From Asterias rubens (Eukaryota), in NCBI RefSeq assembly GCF_902459465.1, contig NC_047072.1, positions 372,001 to 436,000 on the forward strand: a stretch of DNA of 64,000 nt, written 5' to 3'. Made by a program: the position numbers and the translations under genes. A model generated the notes under the pieces. It searched no databases. It was not told the DNA's origin and saw only the letters and a list, made by a program, of their open reading frames with translations. Of this stretch, positions 1 to 21,200 are shown in pieces; within the stretch, counting starts at the first letter, position 1, and each line of letters starts with the position of its first letter.

Positions 1-584
1 TCTGCGACATTGAGGCATTAATTCATGTTTCAAATTTTGCTCTGAAAGAATATCAAATAAAACGGCGACCCCCCCCCCTCTTTCCTGATGAATCTATATC
101 ATAATTGGAAAATGGGTGCATCACGATAACTGAACTTGACCATGGAGCCCCAGACCTTTCAAATGTTCAGTATCATTAAACTTGAAGTGACGATCGAAAA
201 CATCCCACTTAATGCTTACACATTCACACATTGTTTTACCAACAAAGGGCAAATTATTTGAGCTAGAGTAACCATTTACAAACGCACAGACACACCATTG
301 TTGAATGCCTGCACTATTTTAAGGCATGCTGTCTGAAAACTGGGGGAAAATATCGATTTATGAGAACATCCAGGGTATGGTTTGTAACAATAGCAATCTG
401 TGCTGGAAATAATATCCTTGGTTATAAACAGCTGTCATGGTTGAAAATCTAAATCGAAATTAAATAGTATACCTTTACAGCTGCTATAACGTCGATTTCG
501 TGTTATTTTTTCGTTTTGTATATATTATTATATACTTTGTCTAGTAATGAAACCAATGTCTCATTAGTGAACTTAAGCGTGAAC

Positions 585-962
585 TTAAAGGCTCTGTACA
601 CGTTTGGTAATTGTAAAAGACCAGTGTTCTCACTTGGAGTATCCCATCATACGCATAAAATAACAAGCCTGTGAAAATTTGGGCTCAATTGGTCATCAAA
701 GTTGCGAGAAAATGATGAAAGAAAAACACCCTTGTTGGACGAGTTTGTGTGCTTTCAGTTAGGAATTAAAGACTTAACTAGCTAAAAGTATTTTATAGTT
801 TAAGTGACAAATTACCTCTTTCTCAAAAACTACATTACTTCAGAGGGAGTCATTTCCCACAATGTTTTATACTATCAAAAGCTCTCCAGTGCTCGTTACC
901 AAGTCAGTTTTTAAGTTAATTATTTGTTTTGAGTAACTACCAAACATGTACCTTCACTTTAG
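585..962. mobile_element. Family A MITE (Kolobok-like), variant termini
   Basis: TTAA-AGGCTCTGTACACGTTTGGTAATTG start; internal sequence shared with family A. Confidence 0.7.
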
Positions 963-1029
963 GCAAGGCTGTGGAATCCTGTAGACAAGGATCTTTGCTA
1001 TGTGAACCAGAAACATGAAGGTTATGGAC

Positions 1030-1125
1030 ACCTACACTGCCACGATAAGTGCTCTGGGTTCTTTTACATGAGCTGCCTATCCTAGGAAACAGGACCAACG
1101 GTATAAATGTCCCATCCGAGGGACA
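1030..1125 (-). mobile_element. SINE central-domain fragment (same family as 37821)
   Basis: Reverse complement reads gtccctcggatgggac...ccgttggtcc...aagaacccagagcacttatcg. Confidence 0.45.
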
Positions 1126-1274
1126 AATTAAAATATGATAAATATCTTGCCGGGGATGTGAGCTTGCTTAGAATGACGTCAACAGTGGAAAGTTACCTGG
1201 TAAGTCTGCTGCCACCTAGCGTGACCAAAGTTAACCGTGTTTCTTGATTATGATTTGAATTTAACCATTTCCAG

Positions 1275-3379
1275 CGTGAATGTATCTCAATCCACATCGG
1301 CCAGGCCGGAGTCCAGATGGGCAATGCCTGCTGGGAGCTGTACTGCCTGGAGCACGGCATCCAGCCTGACGGTCAGATGCCTAGTGACAAGACCGTTGGG
1401 ACGTGTATGGACTCCTTCAACACTTTCTTCAGTGAGACCGGGTCAGGACAGCACGTCCCCCGCGCCATCTTTGTCGACTTGGAACCAACTGTCATAGGTA
1501 AGACAACCATAGGTAAAACACCGAGAGTGTCTATGTTGGGTCAAAAGCCCCAATAATGGATCTTTAATCATTTTTAATAAGATATTGTGTAACCTGGCAA
1601 TAATCATCATCATCATGATTGAGGCTGTGTTCATCCAGTGTATGGTGTAGGCCTTCCCATGTTGACGCCATTCATTTATATTTCTTGCAGTTCTGGTCCA
1701 TGTTGTTCCTGCAGATCTACTTCCCTGTCTACCTCTTTTCCTTTTCCCCACCCTTGGTTGCCAGTCCAGTTTTCTTGTTGACATTTTTAAGTAGTATGTT
1801 TTGCTCTTAAACGTTTCAATGAAATGGGGCTCTACTTTTTACTCAAATCCACAGATGAGGTCCGAACTGGCAAGTACCGACAGCTCTTCCATCCCGAGCA
1901 GATGATTACGGGCAAGCAGGATGCTGCAAACAACTACGCCAGGGGGCACTACACCGTCGGTAAAGACCACATCGATGTGGTGCTGGACAGGATACAAAAA
2001 CTGGTAAGCAACTTCAAATTTAGACTGTCTTTAACCTACGAACGCAAAAGTGCCGCTGACAAAACATCACCTCGGACCAATCAAAACACAGATGTAGAAA
2101 GCTTACGTCACTGTACGTTCATCCAATGAATACATCGTACCCAATGAAATCACTGGTTCTTAAAGGAAATAGGGTCTACCTGTCTTTATCATTGCGTTTA
2201 AAAACATGGGCCAGTCTATATCTGTACGTGCAATATGACTCCCAAAAATTAATGGTAGACCATGAGTGGACATGAGCCGCGTGTGACGTCAGAGAAAGGG
2301 ATCAATATCGTAGAGCATTAATGTGCCTTCGATGATACATGTTGGTTGTAAATAATTTTAATCTCCATTTTCTCTGATGGTCTTTTTTCCAGTCTGAAAT
2401 GTGTACCAGTCTGCAGGGATTCCTGTTCTTCCATAGCTTCGGTGGAGGGACGGGGTCAGGCTTAACCTCTCTCATAATGGAGCGACTGTCAATAGAGTAC
2501 GGCAAAAAGTCCAAGCTGGAATTTGCCGTCTACCCAGCTCCACAGACGGCCTCGGCGGTGGTGGAGCCCTACAACTCTATCCTGACCACTCACATCACAC
2601 TCGAGCACTCTGACTGTGCCTTCATGGTCGACAACGAGGCCATCTACGATATTTGTCAGCATAATCTTGGCATCGAACGGCCGTCGTTTTCGAACCTCAA
2701 CCGCCTCATTGCTCAGGTTGTCTCCTCCATTACGGCATCACTGCGTTTTAATGGCGCCCTCAACGTTGATTTGAATGAGTTTCAGACCAATTTGGTGCCC
2801 TACCCACGTATTCACTTTCCCCTTGTGACGTTTAATCCGGTCATCTCGAAAGAGAAGGCCCACCATGAGACTTTATCTGTCGCTGAGATCACCAATTCCT
2901 GCTTCGAGTCTGCCAACCAGATGGTGAAGTGCGATCCCCGTCGTGGCAAGTACATGGCCTGCTGCCTCCTGTACCGTGGTGATGTCGTCCCTAAAGATGT
3001 TAGTGCTGCCATCGCAACTATCAAGACCAAACGCTCCATCCAGTTCGTCGACTGGTGTCCAACTGGCTTCAAGGTGGGCATCAACCACCAGCCTCCAACC
3101 GAAGTGCCTGGTGGTGATCTGGCCAGTTTGAAGCGTGCCGTCTGCATGCTGAGCAACACCACCGCCATCGGTGAGGCCTGGGCTCGTCTGGATCACAAGT
3201 TTGATCTGATGTACGCCAAGCGAGCCTTCGTCCACTGGTACGTAGGAGAGGGTATGGAGGAGGGTGAATTCTCTGAGGCTCGTGAGGATATGGCTGCCCT
3301 CGAGAAGGACTACGAGGAGGTCGGAGCTGAAAGTTCGGGAGCAGGTGACGTCGGTGAAGATGGAAATCAAGAATTTTGA
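1275..3379 (+). CDS. TUBA: Alpha-tubulin gene 1, divergent isotype (5' partial: ATG exon not found in window). Exons 1275-1497, 1855-2003, 2393-3379; 453 aa if a 3-nt ATG exon is added
   Basis: AG/GT-bounded exons of 223, 149 and 987 nt translate in frame as [14 protein letters not shown]...GGGTGSG...[30 protein letters not shown] at 3396-3401. Confidence 0.93.
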
Positions 3380-3411
3380 TCTGTGGGACTAATTCAATAA
3401 ATAAATTGTTT

Positions 3412-3734
3412 CAAAGGCACACGAAACTATTGGTAGTTATTCAAAATAATGACTGCCTTAAAAACTTGCTAACGAGCATTGGAGAGCTGTTGATAGTATA
3501 AGACATCGCGCGAAACGGCTCCCTCTGAAGTAATGTAGTTTTTGAGAAAGAGGTACCTTTCTTACTCAAATAAAAAAGACTTCAGACCTGGAAGCTTTTT
3601 TAGGCATCTGCGGAAAGCACACAAATTGTGTCAATATTCCCTTGCAACTTAAATTACCAAATGAGCCAACATATTCACAGATATTTTATAAACATTATGT
3701 TGGGACAATAACCAAACATGTCAAGTGCCTTTAA
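3412..3734. mobile_element. Family A MITE, degenerate, immediately 3' of the gene 1 poly(A) signal
   Basis: aaaggcac...actattggtagttattc start; gtcaagtgcctTTAA end. Confidence 0.7.
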
Positions 3735-4701
3735 ATAATACGCCAGACATTGCTCTGAATATATACGCCAGACGTTTCTCTTAAGCAATTTGAAACAATT
3801 TGAAAGTTTTTGATTCGATGCTTTTTGCTTTCTTCTTCTCGATTTACAATTTAAACTAATATCTGGAGCGGCTGGGTTGATTGTTTTGATTTAAGTTTAT
3901 CTTTTGAAATTTTGACGGGATTTTTTTTTTCTGTGTGATCTTCTTGAATGTGCATTTTGTAAGAATGCTTTTGGTTGCTTTACTTCGACTTTGTTTACTT
4001 CCAGAAATTTGTTAGATTATAAATTAAGTTATAATTTTACTTTATTTTTATTATTCGAATTGAAATCAAGTGCAATACAATTGGGTAAAAATCTATGAGT
4101 TATTGTCCATACACGAGCAATTCATTTTATACACATTCAATTAATTTATCAGAGACGGGGTAATTTACTTAGAGTTTATGATGACACTTTCTTAAAAATT
4201 AATAAAAAACTCAAGATCAGAAATTGCTTTCAAATCAAAGTTTTCAAATTAATTGTTCATGAAATGTAAAAAAATAAATTTGCATTAAAACAGTTCCCCC
4301 TTCCGTCTTCAACACGGCCTCCTACCATTTTGCCATCAAAACCACGCCTCTATTAACCTCCCCTTAGCCAGACAAAGGAGTGGCTAAGACTAAAATTACC
4401 CCTAATTCATAATTCATGCTCCATACGCCATGCCACTCAGAAATTCCACTCGTTCCTGCTGACATCTTCACGCCAGCATCTTTGAGTAATTACGATCCGC
4501 AGCTACCGGCGCATGGCTCTTGCGTGACCCCCCGTCTATCGCGAGTATAAACGGCAGAGTGTTTTGGCCGGTCCGCCAGTTGCAGTTCCTGCTTCCCGCC
4601 TTGTGCATAGCTACAGCCGGCAGGAATATCAAAGCTGTCATAAATAAACAAAACAATTTATATTCTTTCTTCGAACGAATCTTACTCAACAATCAACCAA
4701 A

Positions 4702-10683
<5,982 letters not shown>

Positions 10684-11143
10684 CAGGTCTAATTAGCAGC
10701 AACCAGTTCAGCACCTTCAAGTTCAATTATTTGCTACCAAAAAATCAGTAATATCACACGTTGAAGCACTTTATTAACTAATATTAAACCCCCGGCAACT
10801 TCCAATTTCTGAGGCTGTTTAATTCGACGCATCGTTCAAACACATACGATGTCATAGGCATGTTCTCAACTTCAATGACTCTAGTGCAACGTTGTATACT
10901 GCCCTCTTGTGGCAACTTTCCTTCAATGGAACTTCTTCTTTTTTCCATAACCATAAGTGTTTGTATATTTAGACGGCGCGCAGTATTTTCCTCAATTTTT
11001 AATCAAAATTGTTAATTAAAATTAATACGCTGCTCTGATCTCGCTATCTTGAATTATTATGCACTATTCCCGTGTAATATATCCATAGTGCCTTTGTGCA
11101 AAATTAGCGATGCATGTCTGAATATACAATACCTAAACAGTTC

Positions 11144-11538
11144 TTAAAGGCACTGGACACTATTGGTAATATTCAAAATAAGTTTTGGCTTAAAAACCTA
11201 ATAATTAAAATTGGTAACAAGCAATGGAGAACTGTATAAAAACATTGTGCGAAACGGCTCCCTCTGAAGTAACGTAGTTTTCGAGAAAGAAAGAATTTTC
11301 CACTAAAATATGAATTTGATTTCGAAACCGTGGAATTAGATTTTGAGGTTTCGAAATCAAGCATCTGAAAGCACACAACTTCGTGTCAAGGTGTTTTTTC
11401 TTTGTCATTATTACCTCGCAACTCCGACGACCAATTGAGCTCAAATTTTCACAGATTTGTTAATTTAAGCTTATGTTGAGATACACCAAGTGAGAAGACT
11501 GGTCTTTGACAGCTGTCAATATTGTCCATTGTCTTTAA
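11144..11538. mobile_element. Family A MITE
   Basis: TTAA-AGGCACTGGACAC start; degenerate right TIR followed by TTAA. Confidence 0.85.
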
Positions 11539-12211
11539 AAAGCATAATTCAAAACGAGTAGTGCTTTTCGAATAATTATGATATTATTATAACCGTATGC
11601 TTGATTCATATACAGAACTGAGTGTGCTTTCATGATAGTAGTCGATCGATGTTTCTGTAGTCAACACTACAATATTATACAAGCAGCTTCTGGTCTCGAT
11701 TTTTAATCGATAATTAATAGTAGCTTATCGATTAGGAAGGTGTCTATCAGAAATGTATAAGTCGGTCAATAATAATCGTTAATAAATTGCTGAGTGTAAC
11801 TGTACTATTGCGCAACTATTACACCTTCGAATTTCATCGCATTGTGCATCCCCCCACCCTACCCCGCCCCTGTTAAATATCACTTTACAATAACAATATC
11901 ACAGCTCTATTATTTTCCAAATTCACCGATCAAATTTTGTCCGAATGCATTAAAAATTGATCAAGCATTTATTGAATGTGTCGTGTGGTATTCACTTCAG
12001 GTTGTCCCCGGTACCAGTTGTTATGACACCCCCTCCTATAAACAAGTAAACAAGGTGGACAACAATTATTATTTGGCTGTAACGGGTGATGTGAAGACCC
12101 GAGGAGTGATCAACATTAAAAAGGAAGGGTGTTTAAATAGCACCATGCAATTGTGTTGTCAGAAACTAGTGTAGTTGTTTCTTCGGTAATTATTTGAATT
12201 CCCTATGACAT

Positions 12212-12574
12212 CTAAGGCAGTGGACACCATTGGTAATTACTCAAAATAATTATTAGCATAAAACTTTCTTTGGTAATGAGTAATGGGGAGAGATTGATAG
12301 TATAACACATTGTGAGAAACGGCTCCCTTTGAAGTGACGTAGTTTTGGAGAAAGAGGTAATTTTCCACGAATTTGATTTCGAGACCTCAGAATTAGATTT
12401 TTAGGTCTCGAAATCAAGCATCTGAAAGCACACAACTTCGTGTGACAAGGGTGTCTCTTCTTTCATTAGTATCTCGCAGCTCATCGACGACCAATTGAGC
12501 ATATATTATGCTGAGATACACCAAGTGAGAGGACTGGTCTTTGACAATTACCAATAGTGTCCAGTGTCTTTTAA
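12212..12574. mobile_element. Family A MITE
   Basis: TIRs and family internal sequence. Confidence 0.85.
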
Positions 12575-15500
12575 AGATAAGTTGTCTCTGTAGTGACATC
12601 ACACGTGGTCAATGGGAGACTTTCTGGGACAATAGAGGGCAGCAGACTTACCGGGTAAATCCATTGTTCTCAGAATTATGCGCATGTTCAGAACTACGTA
12701 AACAATGGAAATTTACCCGGTATGTCTGCTGCCACCTAGCGTTGGAAAGTCTCCTATTAACGCCCAGTCTTTGTGCACTGACAATCGATCATGTACGGTG
12801 TTATAAATCGGCAGTTGCATTTATCTGTGTGCAATTTATAACAAACCAGCCCCTCCCCCAGAAAACAAATAAATAAAATAATAATAATTAAATAAATAAA
12901 AAATGCCCTATACAACCGTTGGTGTAACAACCCTCCGTACGGTCCCTCGGCTCAGTTCAAAGATGAACCACTGATGAACCACTATGTCAAAAATATTAGC
13001 AAAATGCCAAACAAACTTTTAAAAGCTACTAATTGTGCGCGATGGTAGCCCCCCCCCCCACCTCTTACCCCCCCCCCCCCCCCGACCCACATAAGTCTGG
13101 CAGATCGAGTGATATTCACACGACAGCAATTTGCTTAATTTTAGCATGGTTGCAAAATGTAGCAATGTTTGACAAGATTTTGCAAGAGAACTTGGACAGC
13201 AGACACAAATTAATATTGTTGTCCTTACACTCAACGAGGTACATTTTGTAAAATTTGAGAGAGGCTTTGATTGCAGAAGTCTGAAATCATGATTTTTATT
13301 TGTATCTGTACCAGCCACGCACACTCTGAAGAATGGCTATACAACATCACTCGCGATAACTTATTAAATCCACAAGAGGGCGCTATTTTTGGCTACCGCT
13401 ATTCATCAGTGAAGTAGGCACGTGGGGTTATCGAACTCTCCATGGCAACTCAACCGGAGCCGCCATTGTTCTTTCTCTTCGGGTTCTGCAACGCAATTAT
13501 CACCGTTATTTATAGCGGTTACACCATTAATTATTCATGGAGTGCGCTTCATGCTGACGGTTTGTCGTCCAGATTTTAATTTGCCCTGCCGCGGCTTTAA
13601 CATTACTTCATTTTTTTATGAACACGAGCTCCCCTTCTTCTAAGCAAAGAGACTGGGGCCACTCATTTTCTTCGATGCCGAAACTCAGGCTACTAAAAGA
13701 TTTGGTAGCCCACCACAAAAGTAATTATTATATGGCCAGAGGGGGAATTAAAAGAAAGAAAACAAGAAACAATATCTGTTAAAGTGTTACTGAAATGCTG
13801 AAATCGTCCAGCTGTATAAATGAAAAGTTCTTGGCGTGATCCTCCTCGACACGCCGCGGCGAGGAATAGCGGCGATACTGATTTCCCACTGTGCCGTATA
13901 GGAGGCAACCATAGGCAAAGACTATTATGTTTTGCACCTGGAAAACTGTTTTGGTCTTTCCTCAATTTACTGTTAATCTTTCCATAGACTTTTAACACAA
14001 AATTCCTTGTGGAAGCTTAAGTCTCAGAACTTCCCCATATAATGGAGACTTTCCCGAATAATGTTATAACCAGACATTGGTCCTATAAAAATGAAAATTA
14101 CAAGTACATGTACATGTAATGTACGAGCATGTGCATGTAACAGTGACTACATTGTACATGCACTGTACATGCATACATTGTACATTATACATGTACACTG
14201 TATGAGAATTACGTGTTGTTTGCCACCGTGACCAGTGCCACTGTTGACACAGAAAGGCCATAGAAACATCAATAACCGGTCACTCAGTTTTCAAAGCACC
14301 TGCCCAAAATGTTTATTCATCCGAAGTTGTCACAGCAAAACCAGGGAGACAAGGTCTTCGAAGCATTAAATAATCACGGGTGATCTGCAGCCAACCTGGT
14401 CTGACACGTTGGAGTTAATGACTCACATATTACTTTAGATACATTATTTTAAAAAAATATGTAGGTACAGACATGTATCTTTTTAATAAAAAAAATAAAA
14501 TAAAAAACCCATGCAGAAACAGACATAACTCATAAATATCGGCTTTCCTAGCTTCTTGACAGTTCTCAGATTCACTTTATGTCCATATCGGCATGCTCGT
14601 TTGTTACTGCTTTGAGTGTGGAGATTGTCTAATAAATTTATTTTATTTTATTTGAAAATTAAATTAACTGACGCCAAAAATTTGTTTTATGGTGGCCTTA
14701 TATTTATAGTGTTTAAATTTGCAACAAACACCTTTGCCGAAAACATAGTGCCAAGAAGTTGGCAACATTTGGTATATAAAATAAAATAATAACATTATAT
14801 TTGGAGTAACTTATAAATCATGGGGTCGAATCTTAGATTCAATTAATTCCGAATTTGTATACCCTCTTTTTAACTTTCTTTTATTTTAACTTGTGGAGTT
14901 TTCTTTGGTCTCCCCGAACTATAAAGGAAAGTAGTATATATATTTTCGAATAATTTGTTTGCTTTGTTGCAAAAAAATAATGTTAACGCGAACTATTTGA
15001 AAGAGTGCTCTTGATGATTGCTGCGTCAGTTTTGCAATACCGCTTTAACTTTGTATGTCTACTACATGTAGGCTACGTATGGTAATATTATCACCATTAC
15101 CTCAATGATATAACGCACTGAGCTAGCGCCAGTCTGCGGTTGCTTGCATGATTGGTTCCACACATTGTGCATTGAAATTACGGACCCCTTTGACTTGCAA
15201 TATATAGCAGACAGTTATTAGCTTTATAAATCGAACCAACGCATAATATATCCATATGGTTTCATTATGATTTTCTTTGTGTTTCTTTCATCCATGATTA
15301 ATTTACAGAGACTACTATACCTCATTTTTATCATAATAAACATTGTTCAATCATAATTTTTTTTTTTATTTTTAATACGGGCCCCTAAACAACAATCTTT
15401 CCATTTCCTTAAAAATGACAACAGACGCAACAATTCGTACGTGATTTTTAAATTAGTATTTGTTTTACAATCCCATAATACAACATTTAAAACTCACAAA

Positions 15501-15617
15501 CGGATGGTCCCAACAGATGCCGGGATAACCTAGGGGTGGGTTCCCCCTGGTAGTTCCACCCGTTGCATAATGGTGTGTGTTATGTCGCGCAGACAACCTA
15601 CACTTACCAACCCGAAC

Positions 15618-15660
15618 CGACCAATCGCTAGGCGACCAGACAACGGTCAGTATAAAAGCT
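15618..15660 (+). promoter_or_regulatory. Core promoter of gene 3 (CCAAT + TATAAAA)
   Basis: gaccaatc near 15620; TATAAAAG at 15651, about 140 nt upstream of the ATG. Confidence 0.65.
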
Positions 15661-15789
15661 AACTGTCGCCAAAAACACAGTTATTCTACTGTATTCCTGC
15701 ATTGCAAAGGACAAAGTTAGAATTCAAAACCTAATTCCACGGTTTACCTCTTCTTCTTTTTTATATTCATCTAAAACCAACCTACAAAC

Positions 15790-18270
<2,481 letters not shown>

Positions 18271-21200
18271 ACACATTCCAACAGAACTTTGCAAACTTCA
18301 AATCCAAATAAACTGAACATTACTCGCATTTGAAAAACAATCATGTAAAAATGCTTGAAACAAACCATACAATACACTGACCATCCCTCCTGTTTTAAAA
18401 ACAGTTATTTTTTTAAACCCAAATGCAAAAATCCCCAAAACACAAGTGTGTTTTTTTAACCCCTCGAGAGAGATTATAAAACTTTCATCTTACATGTAAG
18501 CATGAAATCTTGCGTTGAAGAAAACTGTTTTATTTTTACTACTCGAAGAAAGAAAACTTTGTTATCATGAAGAAGGGAAAAATAAAGTGGCAATATTATA
18601 CGAAAAGTCAATTTCTATTGTGTATTCTTGTATTCAGGACTTATGATTCATGTAGTCTCAAAAGGGTCAGCGCCCAAAATTATAATTTTTTGTGAATGAT
18701 ATTATTTCTACTGCAGGGGATCGGAGGGTTGTGGGCTGTTTGCTGCCTGTGGAATTCAGATATTATTTAGGAAAGTTTTCTAGGGTTAAAATACGAAGGA
18801 CGTCGGGGCTTTAAAAAAATTATGGGAATTAATATTGTTGGAAAGATGTTTTCAAAGTGAAACTCCTGTAATTATTTACACAAATATCCCTCAAAATTGT
18901 GTTGTTTCCATTTTACTTGGGAACTAACCTAACACTCTGCCATTTTGTGAAGTAAACAACATGGCGGGCTATTGGCTCATGCGGGGAAGACCACATATAT
19001 TCACATAATAATATTATTATGTGAATATGTGTGAATATTATTATATTTTGAAAACTTCTTTCCGACCATTGTTAATTTCATATCAAACGCTGTTAAGAAA
19101 TCAAAAAGACCATTAAAACGGCAAATTAGGTGATAACAAATCGTTTTTTCAAGGCGACAACAACGTCTCCCCCCCCCCCCCCCGGCCCCCCAACTAAACA
19201 CCAGCATAGTTTCTGGTTTAATTCCAAGACACAAGATGAACACAAAATGGCTGAATACTGTATTCTCTTTTAAGATGGCGGGATTTTATATTGAGCAAAA
19301 TATTAAAGGAGATAAGGTCCATGAACCCAATAAAACTTTGGGTTCTGTGCCACCCCCCCCCCCCCCCCCCCCACCGGGCGGCGCCCTCTTTGAGTTTGGA
19401 CATCCATCGGTGAGGGCGCACTTGCGGTCCGACGAGGGTTGTGCGAACGAGGGGTGCGATGACCTTCAAATACTAGATTAACAGTTTTTTACGCTGAAAC
19501 TTCTTACGCTGTGGTATGATGTACATGTACAGCGAATGGGGAGGAAAGATAAAGTAAAAAATGTTGGCCGAAATGGGATCAGAAAAGAAAATGGACAATT
19601 CTACATCGAAACAAATAATATTATTGAACAGGCCTATACATAAAACCATAGAGTAAGTACGGGGATGAATTCTAACTCCATGATAAAACTAAAGCCCCAC
19701 CCGTGCAAATCCCAACCTGTCCGTCCCCATCATCACACCAATCAAAATTAAAATGTCAGCTAGGCTCGCGGTAGGTGGGAATTGCAGTGTTGTGGAAATC
19801 TAATAATTGTTTGAGACACTTTAAAACCAAACTTATAATCTTCTGGACAGCTAAACATTGCATTTAAGTTTCCAAGATCGTACACTCAGTACATGTATTT
19901 GGCAAACAGTTGAAATAGTTATTTTGAGGCACTGCACAGATAAAAACGTCAGCTTGGTAGGTCACGTCACACACTAGGAATGCAAGAGGGGGGTTGGGGG
20001 AGGGGGGAGGGGGGAGGGGGGGGAGTCACACATGGTGTGCCTGTCTGGAAACCGTGTGGAGGCCATGGAGATGTCTACCTCCATGTGTCTAATTTTACAT
20101 CCATGTGGAGACCAAGGACCATAAAACGGTAACAAAAGTAATAGCACGCCATAGGGAAATGCCCCTCAAGATTTGTGTGTAAAAAGTCTATGGAAAAATC
20201 GTGAGTAGGGGGACAATGGAAACAAAAAGAAATCTGTCTCCACAGCCACAGGGCATGGAGGGGTGCGTATTTTGAATGTGGGGTGTCAGTTCTTGTTAGT
20301 ACAAACTCTATCCTTACTCTATGGATGTACACATGTACACGTGTACAATACAAATGTACATGATTATCACCCCACCAATGACCTGTTTGTTCAAGCGCTC
20401 TAGGCTATCTCTAGTTGCAATGACGACATGCCACAACTATTTCATTTGCTTAAAGGGACTTTCTTGTGGCAAAAAAAGTACTCCGTTTCGAAGAAGACAG
20501 TGTGATTTTCACACAAATGAGTAACACAAACGCCAAAGGTTGGATAATATTGTGCAGGAGGTAAGTCAATTGGTGACGAGTCTTTTTCACAGAGAAGATA
20601 ACATGTACATTGTGTATAGTGTTGTACATTTTAACTGTAGCCACCTCGTCCAGCCTTTCCCATAATCACTGTGAGTGTGTTACGGTTCTATATAAAAGAT
20701 CATGGGCCCCAACATTGGATGATGATGGACCGACGACCAACCATGGATAAACGAAAATACAACTCATCCATGTAGGATCCATGGATCAACTTACATGTAT
20801 TATCAAATATGCATGGCTAGTCATCCTTCATTATTAAAGATTAATTAAAAATGTAACACCATACATTTCTCTTTTTGTCTAGATAAAAACGCTAAAGCCC
20901 ATTTCACATGAGCTTTTTGTATACATGTACAGGTTAAATTGTGTTTTATTAACGTGGATTCGAAATCCCCTTCGAAGTGTTATGCCGTTACTGAATGCTG
21001 ACTCACATTGTGTACACTTCATCATGGCCCAACAATGGGTCTGGCCACCGCCGCGAATAAAGCGGGAGCACAGTCCAAAGTCAACTCGTTCCGAATTCCC
21101 ACCATCCCTTTTATATTATCGGGTTGAGCAAAAAAAATGTACATGCCTGGTAGGTTGCACATGTTTTGACCCTAGCTAGCAATATTCTTTCTCGATTCAG

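Noticed and set aside
1196-1226. CTG|GTAAGT as a possible exon 1 donor for gene 1
   Set aside because: No ATG before the donor, it lies only about 75 nt from the acceptor, and the motif (gtctgctgccacctagcgt) recurs at 12724 as repeat-like sequence. The true ATG exon is probably upstream of the window.
11842-12174. 110-aa ORF with a possible acceptor at 12000
   Set aside because: No recognisable homology, no partner exons, and bounded by MITEs.
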